A DNA stretch of 63,575 nucleotides, filler included, from Acidimicrobiia bacterium (lineage in GTDB: Bacteria; Actinomycetota; Acidimicrobiia; Spongiisociales; JAHEDJ01): assembly GCA_029210695.1 (NCBI GenBank). It is 5 parts of 5 records of this genome, joined end to end, with 100 filler letters (N's around TTAATTAATTAA, not from the genome) between each part and the next. Parts side by side here need not be neighbours in the genome. Positions count along the whole stretch, not along the records: positions 14,190 to 28,076 come from JARGFH010000079.1; positions 28,177 to 41,764 come from JARGFH010000080.1; 3 more parts are not named here. One strand, given 5' to 3'. The notes beneath the pieces are model-generated. The model saw only the letters and a program-made list of their open reading frames with translations, was not told where the DNA came from and did not search any database. The translations under genes and the position numbers were made by a program. This document shows, in pieces, positions 20,937 through 29,799 of this stretch (positions are counted from its first letter, which is position 1; each line of letters opens with the position of its first letter).

Positions 20937-21059
20937 GTGGTCGACGATGTGCGTGGTGATGCGCGGGATTGGCCGCTGGTCGTTGGCGGTGATCACGCGG
21001 CGTTCGAGCGCGTCTTCGACCGTCATGCCGATCTGATCTATCGGTTTGCGCGGCGCCGC
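20937..21059 (+). pseudogene. 5' fragment of a transposon-split ECF sigma factor (module 4)
   Basis: GGGAGG RBS, GTG 20937: MVDDVRGDARDWPLVVGGDHAAFERVFDRHADLIYRFARRR; joins in frame to 24938. Confidence 0.88.
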
Positions 21060-21112
21060 CTCCCGTGTGATTGAGTGGTGATTATGTCGCACCCCTCCGG
21101 TAGGCTGTGGGC

Positions 21113-22311
21113 GTGGCTAAGGGACGACCGATCGGAAGTGGTGCGAAGGATCTACCTTCATGCGTCCAACATCCAGGGAGCCGTGTGTAAAGAACGGCAC
21201 ATACGGAACAGGCAACGACAAGCGCCAGATGTTCCGTTGCATCCCCACAGATGGACCGGTCCACAAGTTCGCCGGAGTGATACCCCGGCTTGTGAATGAG
21301 AGCCATTCGTGCGACCACTGCGAGAACACAGTGGCAAGTCACGAAGGGCCCCGCGTTGCTCATCGCTACGAGTTTCCCGTGGCCCAAGCTGCTGCGGCGC
21401 TGGTCATGATCGGCCAGGGCGTTTCCTATACCGAGACTGCCGACCGGATGCGTGCTCGGAACTTCCGAGACAGGTTTGATGGCGGAGCGCAGCTGGTGTG
21501 CAACTGGGCTGAGATTCTGGGTCCAGTTGTTGTGAGTGAGTACACGGAGACTGAATGGCCTGAGACAGTCGTCTTGGACGCAACGTGGTTCATGGTGACC
21601 AACAAGCGCACCGGAGACACCACAAGGGCGTTCAGTGTTCTCGGCGCCCACGGGTACCCCGAGGGACACAAGCGGGGGCGGTGTTGGATGCTGCGCGCAA
21701 CGCCAACTCGAACGGCACGGGACTGGGAGAACGTGCTGCGGAGCTTGCCGGGTGAGCCCAAGATGGTCATCTGTGACGAAGACGCTGCCATCATCGCTGC
21801 AGTATCGAAAGTCTGGCCTGATGCGTTCATCAAACGGTGTGAACACCACCTGCGCGAGAGCGTCATCAAGAAAATGGCCCCCTATGGTCTCACCGCTTAC
21901 GGAAGCCCTGAGATGGAGCTGCTCAATGACGGCTTTCACAGCTCCAAGAGTTGGCGTGCATTCAAGAAGAAGGTGAGCGGCGCCGGCGTGGAGGACTGGA
22001 TCGTGCGACGCGAAGAGGTGATTGGGGAACAAGTGCGACTGCGCGGGCGTCTCCCCCAACACCACTCGACAGGAGCGCTCGATGAGGACTTGGCGAGGGT
22101 GCGAGAGTTCATGGAGCCTCGAGCGTTCTGCTATCGCAATGCCGAGAGGACGAACCGGCTGTTAGAGCTGGTGCGACTACGGCTCAGCCGATGTGACGAT
22201 CCGTTGATCTACGCCAGAGCCATTCGCAAGCACCTCGACTCCAACGGAGGCAAGCTCGGCAAGCAAGGAACCATCAGAGACAAAGCGGGCCATCCGAGTT
22301 TGCGGGCGTAG
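21113..22311 (+). pseudogene. Mutator-like DDE transposase, probably frameshifted near 21187 (main ORF 21160-22311)
   Basis: VVLDATW (D1), VICDEDAAIIAAVSKVWP...RCEHH (D2 + CxxH), STGALDE. The upstream frame GTG21113 MAKGRP...CVQHPGSRV* supplies the first half of a CH-CH zinc finger. Confidence 0.75.
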
Positions 22312-22346
22312 CGCCGTCAACCAGTCTCATCCCGCACTGGGTGTCT

Positions 22347-23510
22347 CTACCGGTTGCCCTTAGCCTGGTTGTGTGTCTTGCAGAGCATCTGACAGTTTGA
22401 GGCAACAGTGGGACCGTCCTTGCTCCACGCAGCCACATGATCTGCGTTCATGTCAGCGAAGGGCCAGATCTTGGCCTTGTTGGCATTCTGACCGATGGCA
22501 CAGAGTGGGCAGTTGGATTCTCCGCTCTTCTTCGCTTCGGTCGTCTGCTTCTCGTAGACCGAGCGACTTGTGGCTGTGTCGAATACGCGAACGTTGAGAA
22601 GTTTGGTGTCGGTTGAGCCACCGAGCAGGTACTCGTAGATGCCCCTGCGGTTCTGCACGTAAGGGTCGCCATAGAGCTTCTTCACTTCCGCATCGATTGC
22701 AGCCGGGTCGTAGGGTCTCTTGTGGTACTGCTCGTAGAGTCGCCCCCACTCCAAGCCGCACATCTCATTCTCAACTGACAAGAAGAGACCCGCCACCCAG
22801 TCGATCACGGTGTTGAAGTAGGTCTTCACTTCGCTGATGTTGTCGTTGTGGCGGTGCTTGCTCATGTAGTCATCCACGTCGCCCTTGCTCACCCACTCGA
22901 GCGCGCGCTCCCAGATGTCCTGACGATTCGCGCTGCCCGCCACGTAGGCGCCCCACTTCTGGATGTTGGCGTTCTGGCTGTTGGAAAACTCTGCTTTGCC
23001 GGCAGTCACGAACGGGCCTGAGTAGATGGCGTTGAGGAGCTCTTGGTTGTTGAGCGGAATCCCGGCAATGTTGATCGTCTTGAACCATTGCTTGATTTCG
23101 GTCTCCGTGCCGCTGCATTCGTAGACGAGGATCTCGGACTCGATGATCTTTGTCTGCTGATCCTCGGCCAGACCGCTGAAATACTGCTGCATACCGTTGG
23201 CATCGGTGATGGCAAACTTGTCGGTCACGAACCGGCCGAAGCTGGTGATCCTCTGCTGGCCATCGAGGACTTCCAGCCGGTCCTCGCCTGCACGGTTGAA
23301 GTAGATGAGCCCCAGCGGATAACCCTTCAAGAGCGAATCGACCACGGCAACATCACGCTTGCCATCGGCGTAGATGTAGTTGCGCTGATACTCCGGCTGG
23401 ATCGTCAACTTGCCCGCAAGACCAAACAGACCCCTGCCTTCCAACTCGTTGTAGACGAACCCCTCCGACACCTGCTCAACGGTGTAGCGTGTTAGTGTCG
23501 TTTCCATCAT
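22347..23510 (-). CDS. DUF262 (GmrS-like) + HNH endonuclease
   Basis: [27 protein letters not shown]-terminal CPLC...[11 protein letters not shown]...[13 protein letters not shown]. Confidence 0.9.
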   Translation of the reverse strand: MMETTLTRYTVEQVSEGFVYNELEGRGLFGLAGKLTIQPEYQRNYIYADGKRDVAVVDSLLKGYPLGLIYFNRAGEDRLEVLDGQQRITSFGRFVTDKFAITDANGMQQYFSGLAEDQQTKIIESEILVYECSGTETEIKQWFKTINIAGIPLNNQELLNAIYSGPFVTAGKAEFSNSQNANIQKWGAYVAGSANRQDIWERALEWVSKGDVDDYMSKHRHNDNISEVKTYFNTVIDWVAGLFLSVENEMCGLEWGRLYEQYHKRPYDPAAIDAEVKKLYGDPYVQNRRGIYEYLLGGSTDTKLLNVRVFDTATSRSVYEKQTTEAKKSGESNCPLCAIGQNANKAKIWPFADMNADHVAAWSKDGPTVASNCQMLCKTHNQAKGNR

Positions 23511-23571
23511 GCGGCCTTTCGGTGGCGGATGAAGATTCGCTGGTAGGCCGACTGGATCACTCGCCCGTTCT

Positions 23572-24705
23572 TCATTGGGTTCTCCGTCGGATGAGAAGTC
23601 GTGCGTAGGTGGCTTTGAAGGTGCCATCCGGCATCTTGATCGCGGCACGCCTGTTCAGGTCTCCAGGCTTGGGAACATCGCCCTTTCGGTACTCCTTGGT
23701 TTTCAGGCCATATTCGTTGCCGCGGTCGGTGATGCCAAGAATCTCGAACTGCTCGGGGTTGTACTTGTCGAGGAAGCTGATCGGTACACCCATCGCACCT
23801 GGGTAGTCGCTCGGGATGGCGTCGGTGAACGGCACCTCGATCGCGTCATAGTTGTCGTACTTCTTGTAGCCGACCCCCCTGATCTCTTTGTGCTTGCTGA
23901 ATCTCTTGTTGTCAGCCTGGGTCATCAGGGCGAGGGGTTGGTGACGGCGGCCATGGTCAAGGTTCGTGAACCAACACGAGTTGCCGAGACGCGTGTAGTC
24001 GCCTTCATAGCCGAGACGAGCGGCTTTTTCCTTATCGGCGGCCTTGACCTCTGACCCGGGGGGTACACCGAACACCATGTCGCTTCCGTTGGCGGTAGCT
24101 CCAAGCCACAGTCGGTCAGTCTGGATCAGGGGAAAGACCTCCTTGTATGTGATGGCGTTCATGTTGCCCACGATGACAAGCTGCTTGCCTGCTTCCATGA
24201 TCCAGGCCAAGAACTCACGGAAGAGTGAGAACGGGGGGTTGGTGATGACCATATCGGCTTCATCTCGAAGACGACGGACCTCGTCACTGCGGAAGTCACC
24301 ATCGCCCACGAGGTATTGCCACTCCAAGTCGTTGACGTCGATCCTCTGGTCATTATTCACGTCACGGCTGAGGGTGAAGATCTTTCCGTCGGCCTTCGTC
24401 TTCGCCCGGTCGAACTGGGGGCTTTCAGCCTCAAAGAGTGTGGGTTGCATGGAATACGCGACTGCTGTCGGTGCATAGCTCGTGCTGATTAGCTTCTTCA
24501 GACCCAGCTTCTCAAAGTTCTGTGCGAAGTACTTGGTGAAGTTGCTCCACTCGGGGTCGTCACACGGCAGCAGCACCGTCTTGCCACGGAACACATCCGG
24601 GTCGTACTCGAGATAGGCGTTCATCTCCGTCTCGATGTCAGAGAACTGCGTGTAGAACTCATCGTTCTTCGCGTTCCTGGCGCTCGAAAGATTCACGTTA
24701 GCCAC
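23572..24705 (-). CDS. Adenine-specific DNA methyltransferase, EcoRI family
   Basis: [45 protein letters not shown]...[18 protein letters not shown]. Confidence 0.93.
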   Translation of the reverse strand: MANVNLSSARNAKNDEFYTQFSDIETEMNAYLEYDPDVFRGKTVLLPCDDPEWSNFTKYFAQNFEKLGLKKLISTSYAPTAVAYSMQPTLFEAESPQFDRAKTKADGKIFTLSRDVNNDQRIDVNDLEWQYLVGDGDFRSDEVRRLRDEADMVITNPPFSLFREFLAWIMEAGKQLVIVGNMNAITYKEVFPLIQTDRLWLGATANGSDMVFGVPPGSEVKAADKEKAARLGYEGDYTRLGNSCWFTNLDHGRRHQPLALMTQADNKRFSKHKEIRGVGYKKYDNYDAIEVPFTDAIPSDYPGAMGVPISFLDKYNPEQFEILGITDRGNEYGLKTKEYRKGDVPKPGDLNRRAAIKMPDGTFKATYARLLIRRRTQ

Positions 24706-24937
24706 GAGCGGCTCTCCCCTGAGCTGTCAGTCGTAAGTGGCATTGCTTCGTCATTCTTAGATCTTCCCATATGGCGGTACGAGTGCGTGACTTTCTGCAG
24801 CAGTGTCGGCCCGTGCCTCACCTGGCGGCAGTCCCTTGGGGATGCCGAATGGAACTGCACCAACCCCCAACGGTACCCGAAGTAGGCCGTTCTGGGGCGG
24901 ACATAATCACCACTCAATCACACGGGGGGGGCGCCGC

Positions 24938-25450
24938 ACCGGAGATGCCGATCTCGCTGAGGAGGTTGTTTCGCAGGTGTTTCTGGAAGCCTGGCGGCAA
25001 CGCAAGCGGGTGCGACTTCTTGACGGTTCGCTGCGGTCGTGGCTGTTGGGGGTGGCCTCGAACCTGGTGAGACGTCACTGGCGGAGCCGAGATCGAGGGA
25101 GACGTGCCATCGGCCGCCTCCCTCATCCGACTCCGGTCCAGGATCACGCTGACGAGGTTGCTGATCGAACCGATGGCCAGCGACGACTGGAAGTCCTTAG
25201 AGCACAGCTCGAACGGATGCCCCGCAAGCAGGTCGAGGTGTTGCTGCTGTGGGCATGGGAGGAGCTGAGCTACAACGAGATTGCTCAGACTCTCGAGGTC
25301 CCGGTCGGCACGGTGCGGTCTCGACTCTCACGGGCACGGAAACATCTCAATGCCGGCGAGGGAACCGTCACCGAGGATCGGGCATTCCCTCATCGCAAGC
25401 CCGACGGTGACGACTCACCGGCCACGAATTCGGAAAGGAGCACAGGATGA
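24938..25450 (+). pseudogene. 3' fragment of the transposon-split ECF sigma factor
   Basis: TGDADLAEEVVSQVFLEAWR...WLLGVASN...LSYNEIAQTLEVPVGTVRSRLSRAR. Confidence 0.9.
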
Positions 25451-26199
25451 ACGACTCAGACCTTTGTCGTCTGATGCTTCCCGATGACGGACTACCGCCG
25501 GAACGTCACGACCTCATCAAGGAGCGTGTCATGACCGCGGTCAGAACCGAACAACCCTTCCCCGGCAGCCAGTCCACCTCGAGTTCCCGGGTTCGTGTGC
25601 GACTGGTCCCAACCCTGGCGTCGGTGATCGCTGTCCTGCTGGTGGCGGGCACCGCTGGGGCGATGGGGCTGTTTCCTTGGCAGGCGAAGGAAACCCTCGA
25701 CTACATGGATTGCCGCACCAGCGGCAGCGTCGAGACACTTGTCGCCACCGCCGATGCAAGCGACGGGAACACCACCCAACTCTGGACCACCAGTCCAGGT
25801 CCAGACGCTGCGCCGAGCGGATTCGCCATGGTCGAGATCGATTCGCAAGGTGAATACGTCGGGGGTGTGAACGCGTGCAACACCGCCACGTGGGAGTTCG
25901 CCCCCATGGGCGAGATCTGGGTCGGAGCCCCAGCAGAAGCCTCCGCACAAGAAACGGTCCTCACCGTGCTGGGCCACGTCCCCACCGCGGCTGCCACCGT
26001 CGAGGTGACCTTCGACGACGGAAGCGTCGTGCAGACCAACGTGCAGACCGACGGCTACTTCCTCGAGCTCGTCCACGGTCCCGGCGTTGACGTCTCTCCC
26101 GGCAATCCCGAGCCGCACTTCCCGGAAGCCATCATCGTCACAGCCCTGGACACAGACGGGAACGTCATCGCCCGCCAAGACCTCCGGGATCTCGGATAG
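25447..26199 (+). CDS. Putative single-pass anti-sigma/sensor protein
   Basis: ATGA overlap, GAAAGGAG RBS, one TM (LASVIAVLLVAGTAGAMG), ectodomain. Confidence 0.72.
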   Translation: MNDSDLCRLMLPDDGLPPERHDLIKERVMTAVRTEQPFPGSQSTSSSRVRVRLVPTLASVIAVLLVAGTAGAMGLFPWQAKETLDYMDCRTSGSVETLVATADASDGNTTQLWTTSPGPDAAPSGFAMVEIDSQGEYVGGVNACNTATWEFAPMGEIWVGAPAEASAQETVLTVLGHVPTAAATVEVTFDDGSVVQTNVQTDGYFLELVHGPGVDVSPGNPEPHFPEAIIVTALDTDGNVIARQDLRDLG

Positions 26200-26282
26200 C
26201 CGAACCAGCGGACCGGCAAGCGCTCTGAGTCCCCCGCGTACCCGGGGGGCTCGGCGCATGGTCACCGCGAGACGCCCCGGGT

Positions 26283-26359
26283 CGACCGAGATCACCAAAT
26301 ACGTTGCACGAACGAGCACTCCGCCGAGAGCGCTGGATCGGCGTTTCTTGCCCGGCGGA
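26283..26359 (+). repeat. Module-delimiting repeat, copy 4 (diverged)
   Basis: GAGATCACCAAATAC...AACGAGCAC...TGGATCG^GC at the conserved 51-nt spacing; stem TCCGCCG/CGGCGGA. Confidence 0.65.
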
Positions 26360-26491
26360 TCGAACACTCACAGTTGTTCTCTCCATGATGCCGGACTGGG
26401 CCGCAACTGGCGGATGTCTATCGATAGTTGCACGCCGAAGAGGCCGCGATGAGACAATGGTGATGGTCGCGGCCTCGAATAGAAACTTGAG

Positions 26492-27352
26492 ATGGCTGAA
26501 CAAGAGCATCGTCAATCCGGGAGCGCGTCAGTCGATCATGTCGAGCGTGCTGATCCTGACGGCTCGATTCGCTCATCGATCGAGATTGCATCTGTGCTGA
26601 AGGATCCGCTGGCGAGGTCGCTTCTCGCCGCTCTTGGTGCTCCGGCCGATTCGTTGGATCGCATGCTCGCTGCCTCCGATGAACTCAGGTCGTTGGTAAC
26701 GGGATATCAGCGGTGGGCGCCGCTGTCACAGATTGGGTGGGCCATTACTGATCTCGCGACCCCGCAGGTCTATGACCAGGCGGCCGAGCTGCTCGACGCT
26801 GGGAAGCAGAGGACGGCCGAGGAGGTCCTGGAGGACTACTGGAACGAACCCGGCAGGTTGGAATCAGCTGCACTGCGGGTTCTGCGTGTCGCGATCTACT
26901 CCGAAACACGAATTCAGGTTGGTCAACGTCGGCACGAGCTCGTGGAGTTGGCGGTTGCCGATCATCGCGCAGAGAGGTATCACGCGTCGGTACCGGTTGC
27001 ACTTGCGCAGGCAGAAGGAATGGTGCGGGACGTGATCGATTCCTCCCCGTTTCTGAACCCCAACCGTCTCTCCGATGATGTATCCAGTTCGGGTCATCCC
27101 GACATTCTGCAGCCGATATTCGAATCGAGCAGGGCCACAATGAAACGCACGGTCCTCGATGTATCTGGTGTGTTCCCGCCTCGTCACGGTGTTCTTCACG
27201 GGCGTGATCTCGGATACGACAACCGGCGCAACTCCACGAAGGCGCTCATCGCCCTGACCGAGTTGGCAACCTTCTGCCAAGCCCAACTGGTCCGGGCGGA
27301 AAAGGACGGAACACTCGAGGATCTCGACCGGCAGGCGTTCGGAAGTGCATAG
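26492..27352 (+). CDS. Hypothetical helical protein with a HEPN-like RxxxxH motif (module 5)
   Basis: C-terminal PRHGVLHGRDLGY...NSTK and an upstream conserved-looking QAEG helix. Confidence 0.6.
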   Translation: MAEQEHRQSGSASVDHVERADPDGSIRSSIEIASVLKDPLARSLLAALGAPADSLDRMLAASDELRSLVTGYQRWAPLSQIGWAITDLATPQVYDQAAELLDAGKQRTAEEVLEDYWNEPGRLESAALRVLRVAIYSETRIQVGQRRHELVELAVADHRAERYHASVPVALAQAEGMVRDVIDSSPFLNPNRLSDDVSSSGHPDILQPIFESSRATMKRTVLDVSGVFPPRHGVLHGRDLGYDNRRNSTKALIALTELATFCQAQLVRAEKDGTLEDLDRQAFGSA

Positions 27353-27430
27353 GTGCCATAGGACGCACTGCGGTAGATCTCGATCAGGGTCGTCGCTCCG
27401 ATGTTTGCTGCTGGATACCCCCATGCAGTC

Positions 27431-27482
27431 CAGATCGCCAGATATGCGCCATAAAGAACGGGCCCCTGATCCGAGCCGAACG
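27431..27482 (+). repeat. Module-delimiting repeat, copy 5, cut by an IS110 insertion
   Basis: CAGATCGCCAGATATGCGCCATAAAG...GAACG followed by the IS110 end in place of GCAC. Confidence 0.78.
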
Positions 27483-27573
27483 AGGCCTGTTTGGTTGTCA
27501 AGGGGTGTTTTGGGCGCGGTGGAGTGCCTTGCCGGATCGGCAAGCTCGGTGGTGTGGGCGTAGGCTGGGGGTT

Positions 27574-27664
27574 GGCCCGGGGTGGCTTTGTGGAAGAGCC
27601 GGCGCTTCAGGATGCAACGCCGGACACGCACGCGACAGAGACGTTCCTGGGTGCCCCCCGGGCC
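27574..27664 (-). ncRNA. Predicted IS110 bridge/seek RNA
   Basis: 91 nt starting right after the transposase stop, closed by GGCCCGGGG/CCCCGGGCC, with internal stem CCGGCGTT/AGCGCCGG. Confidence 0.6.
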
Positions 27665-28076
27665 CTAACGCTTTTGGTCGGCGACGAGGTGGCGGTAGAC
27701 GACGTCAGAGAGGCGCCGTTTCAGTGACCGGATGGCTTCCTTCTTCGTTTTGCCTTCAGCGAGTTTACGTTCGTAGAAGATGCGTCCCTCAGTTCCCGGG
27801 TAGCGGAGTTGGGTGATCGCGATCAGATGCAGCGCATGGTTCAACATGCGGTTGCCTCGCGGGTTGAGCCGATGCCGCTTCTTCGACCCGGAGGAGGCGT
27901 CGATGGGGGCGGTGCCGTTGTAGGTGGCATAGTGGTGCCGGGTGGGGAACCTGGTGATGTCGCCGCTGTAGCCGATCACCAGGCCGGCTACGACCGGGCC
28001 CACGCCGTAGATGTCGGTAAGGGTGGTGCCCGACGCTGCCACTGCGGTGGCCAGGTTTGCCTTTGACGCTTTGAGT
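27665..28076 (-). CDS. IS110 transposase, C-terminal part (cut by contig end)
   Basis: IYGVGPVVAG...RFPT...GTAPIDASSG...RLNPRGNRMLNHALH...AIRSLKRRL. Confidence 0.92.
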
Positions 28077-28176
28077 NNNNNNNNNNNNNNNNNNNNNNNN
28101 NNNNNNNNNNNNNNNNNNNNTTAATTAATTAANNNNNNNNNNNNNNNNNNNNNNNNNNNNNNNNNNNNNNNNNNNN
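28077..28176. other. Artificial contig linker
   Basis: N44-TTAATTAATTAA-N44. Confidence 0.98.
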
Positions 28177-28717
28177 GATCGAAGCCACCTGGGCTGAAGC
28201 TGTCGTTCAGACCTGTGTGATCCATCTGCTCCGTGCCTCGTTCCGTTACGGCTCCAATGATGACCGCAAGAAGATAGCCGCCCAGCTGCGGCCCATCTAC
28301 ACAGCAGCCACGACCGACGCCGCCGAGGCTGCCATGGCCGAATTCGAAGCAGGGCTCGGACAGAAGTATCCGGCGATCGTCAGGCTGTGGCGAGACACCT
28401 GGGAGACGTTCATCCCCTTCCTGGCCTACCCGTCGGAGATCAGACGGGTGGTGTATACCACCAACATGATCGAATCGATCAACTATCAGCTACGCAAAGT
28501 GACCAAGAACCGGGGACATTTCCCCACCGAACGGGCAGCCCTCAAACTGCTCTACCTGGCAACACGTAACATCACCACCAAGAGAGGAGGAGAAGCGGGC
28601 ACAGGAACACAAGGATGGAAGGCCTGCCTCAACCAGCTGGCCATCTACTTTCCCGGACGAATCAACATCGTCTAAATGACCACCGCCACCCACTTACACA
28701 GAATCCCTGACAGGCCC
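28177..28717 (+). mobile_element. IS256-family element, 3' part (transposase ends 28675)
   Basis: VQTCVIHLLR, YTTNMIESIN, RGHFP...ALKLLYLA; right end CACTTACACAGAATCCCTGACAGGCCC. Confidence 0.92.
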
Positions 28718-29303
28718 CGAGCAAGGTGACTGCGTTGAGGACCGTCCGGCGAACATACTGGCCGGCGCAGATCGCCTTGGAACCGACATCGGAGATCGTC
28801 AACGAGTTGAAGATGGCACCGCCTCTGAGATAGCGGTCGTGGATCCAGTCGGACTGTTGCCACACTCCCGGTGCCGATCCCACCATCGGCAACGGCAACC
28901 GTTGAGAACCAGAAGACGGTTGCCTCGACTGGCGGGTCACACCTGCCTGGGTAAGGATCCGTTCGATCGTTCGCAACCCGGGGATCGGATCGATGTTGTC
29001 TCGTTCCATCGCCGCCACAATCGACAAGCCACCCACCGAAGCCACCGGATCCGCTTTGAGACGATCCCGATACTCCAATACCAAACCGACCATCACCGCC
29101 GGTGTCTTCGTGGGCCGTTCCAACGGTGCGGTGGACCGGCCCACAAGGCTTTCCCCAGCATCGGCCCGCTGTTTCCATTTCGAGAGCCATCGTCGGGAAC
29201 GGCCCACACGGTTCGCAGCCGCCCCAACTCCCAGACCCTCTTCGTCGATCAGCCGAAGCGCCTCCACTCGACGCTCCACCTCAGACTCAAACTCACCAAC
29301 CAC
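28718..29303 (-). pseudogene. IS481-like transposase, 5' half, interrupted by IS256
   Basis: HTH AAANRVGRSRRWLSKW, RSTAP, RTIERIL, integrase core start PGVWQQSD; GAGGAGG RBS; the frame runs into the IS256 end. Confidence 0.75.
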
Positions 29304-29323
29304 AACATGCCTCCTCGCACGAT

Positions 29324-29369
29324 CAGAGGAACGATGTCATGGCGGAACAGAGGAACGATGTCCTGGCGG
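29324..29369. repeat. Two 22-bp direct repeats in the left end of the IS481-like element
   Basis: CAGAGGAACGATGTC(A/C)TGGCGG at 29324 and 29348. Confidence 0.85.
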
Positions 29370-29375
29370 TTCCCC

Positions 29376-29405
29376 CCTACTGCCTACGGCCTACTGCCTA
29401 CTGCC
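29376..29405. repeat. Heptamer tandem repeat (CCTACTG)x4
   Basis: CCTACTG CCTACGG CCTACTG CCTACTG CC. Confidence 0.88.
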
Positions 29406-29559
29406 GTTCTCAATCCGTGTGTCTCTGACTCCAGGAGTGCCGGTCGGTTCAAACCAGAACGCGAAAACTCTCCCTGGTTGTGCCAAAAACTTCCTGGTCA
29501 CGTCATTGACCCGCTGGTAGGTTGGTTTTCCGAACCCCGGTCTGGAGGAAGGAGCTGAG

Positions 29560-29799
29560 GTGAGTGACTGGCAGACGGATGCCCTGTGCAGGGGCAACCA
29601 TTCGCACCTGTTTTTCCCGCCCAGTACGTTCGAGCGCAAGGATGAACGCGAGCGGCGAGAGGCTCGGGCCAAGGCGATCTGCCAGGTTTGCCCCGTAGTT
29701 GGTGCGTGCCTGGAATATGCCGTTCGTATTCGCGAACCGTACGGCATTTGGGGGGGACTTACCGAGCCCGACCGACGGTCGGTCGCTCAGCCGGCCTGA
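29560..29799 (+). CDS. whiB: WhiB-family Fe-S transcription regulator (WhiB3/WhiD-like)
   Basis: WQTDALC...LFFP...AKAICQVCPVVGACLEYA...EPYGIWGGLTE; GGAG RBS. Confidence 0.95.
   Translation: MSDWQTDALCRGNHSHLFFPPSTFERKDERERREARAKAICQVCPVVGACLEYAVRIREPYGIWGGLTEPDRRSVAQPA

Larger units (their letters stand above)
21059..24929 (+). mobile_element. 3.9-kb Mutator/IS256-like transposon carrying a methylase and nuclease as passengers
   Basis: 30-bp TIRs 21059-21088 and 24900-24929 (29/30 identical); target duplication GGCGCCG(C) at 21052 and 24930. Confidence 0.92.
27483..28076 (-). mobile_element. IS110-family element (IS1111-like layout), 3' part
   Basis: Transposase C-terminus plus ~180-nt 3' non-coding region ending CTTGACAACCAAACAGGC; the end is 35/38 identical to 63503-63540. 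Confidence 0.88.

Noticed and set aside
24803..25450. Track ORF of 215 aa as an intact sigma factor
   Set aside because: Its first 45 codons are transposon sequence; the true N-terminus is at 20937-21059.
17148..27482. Repeat family as a CRISPR array
   Set aside because: Copies are degenerate and separated by 1-5.5 kb of genes; no cas genes.
29495..29512. GTCACGTCATTGAC upstream of whiB as a BldD box
   Set aside because: Spacing is one base short of the recalled consensus; not supportable.
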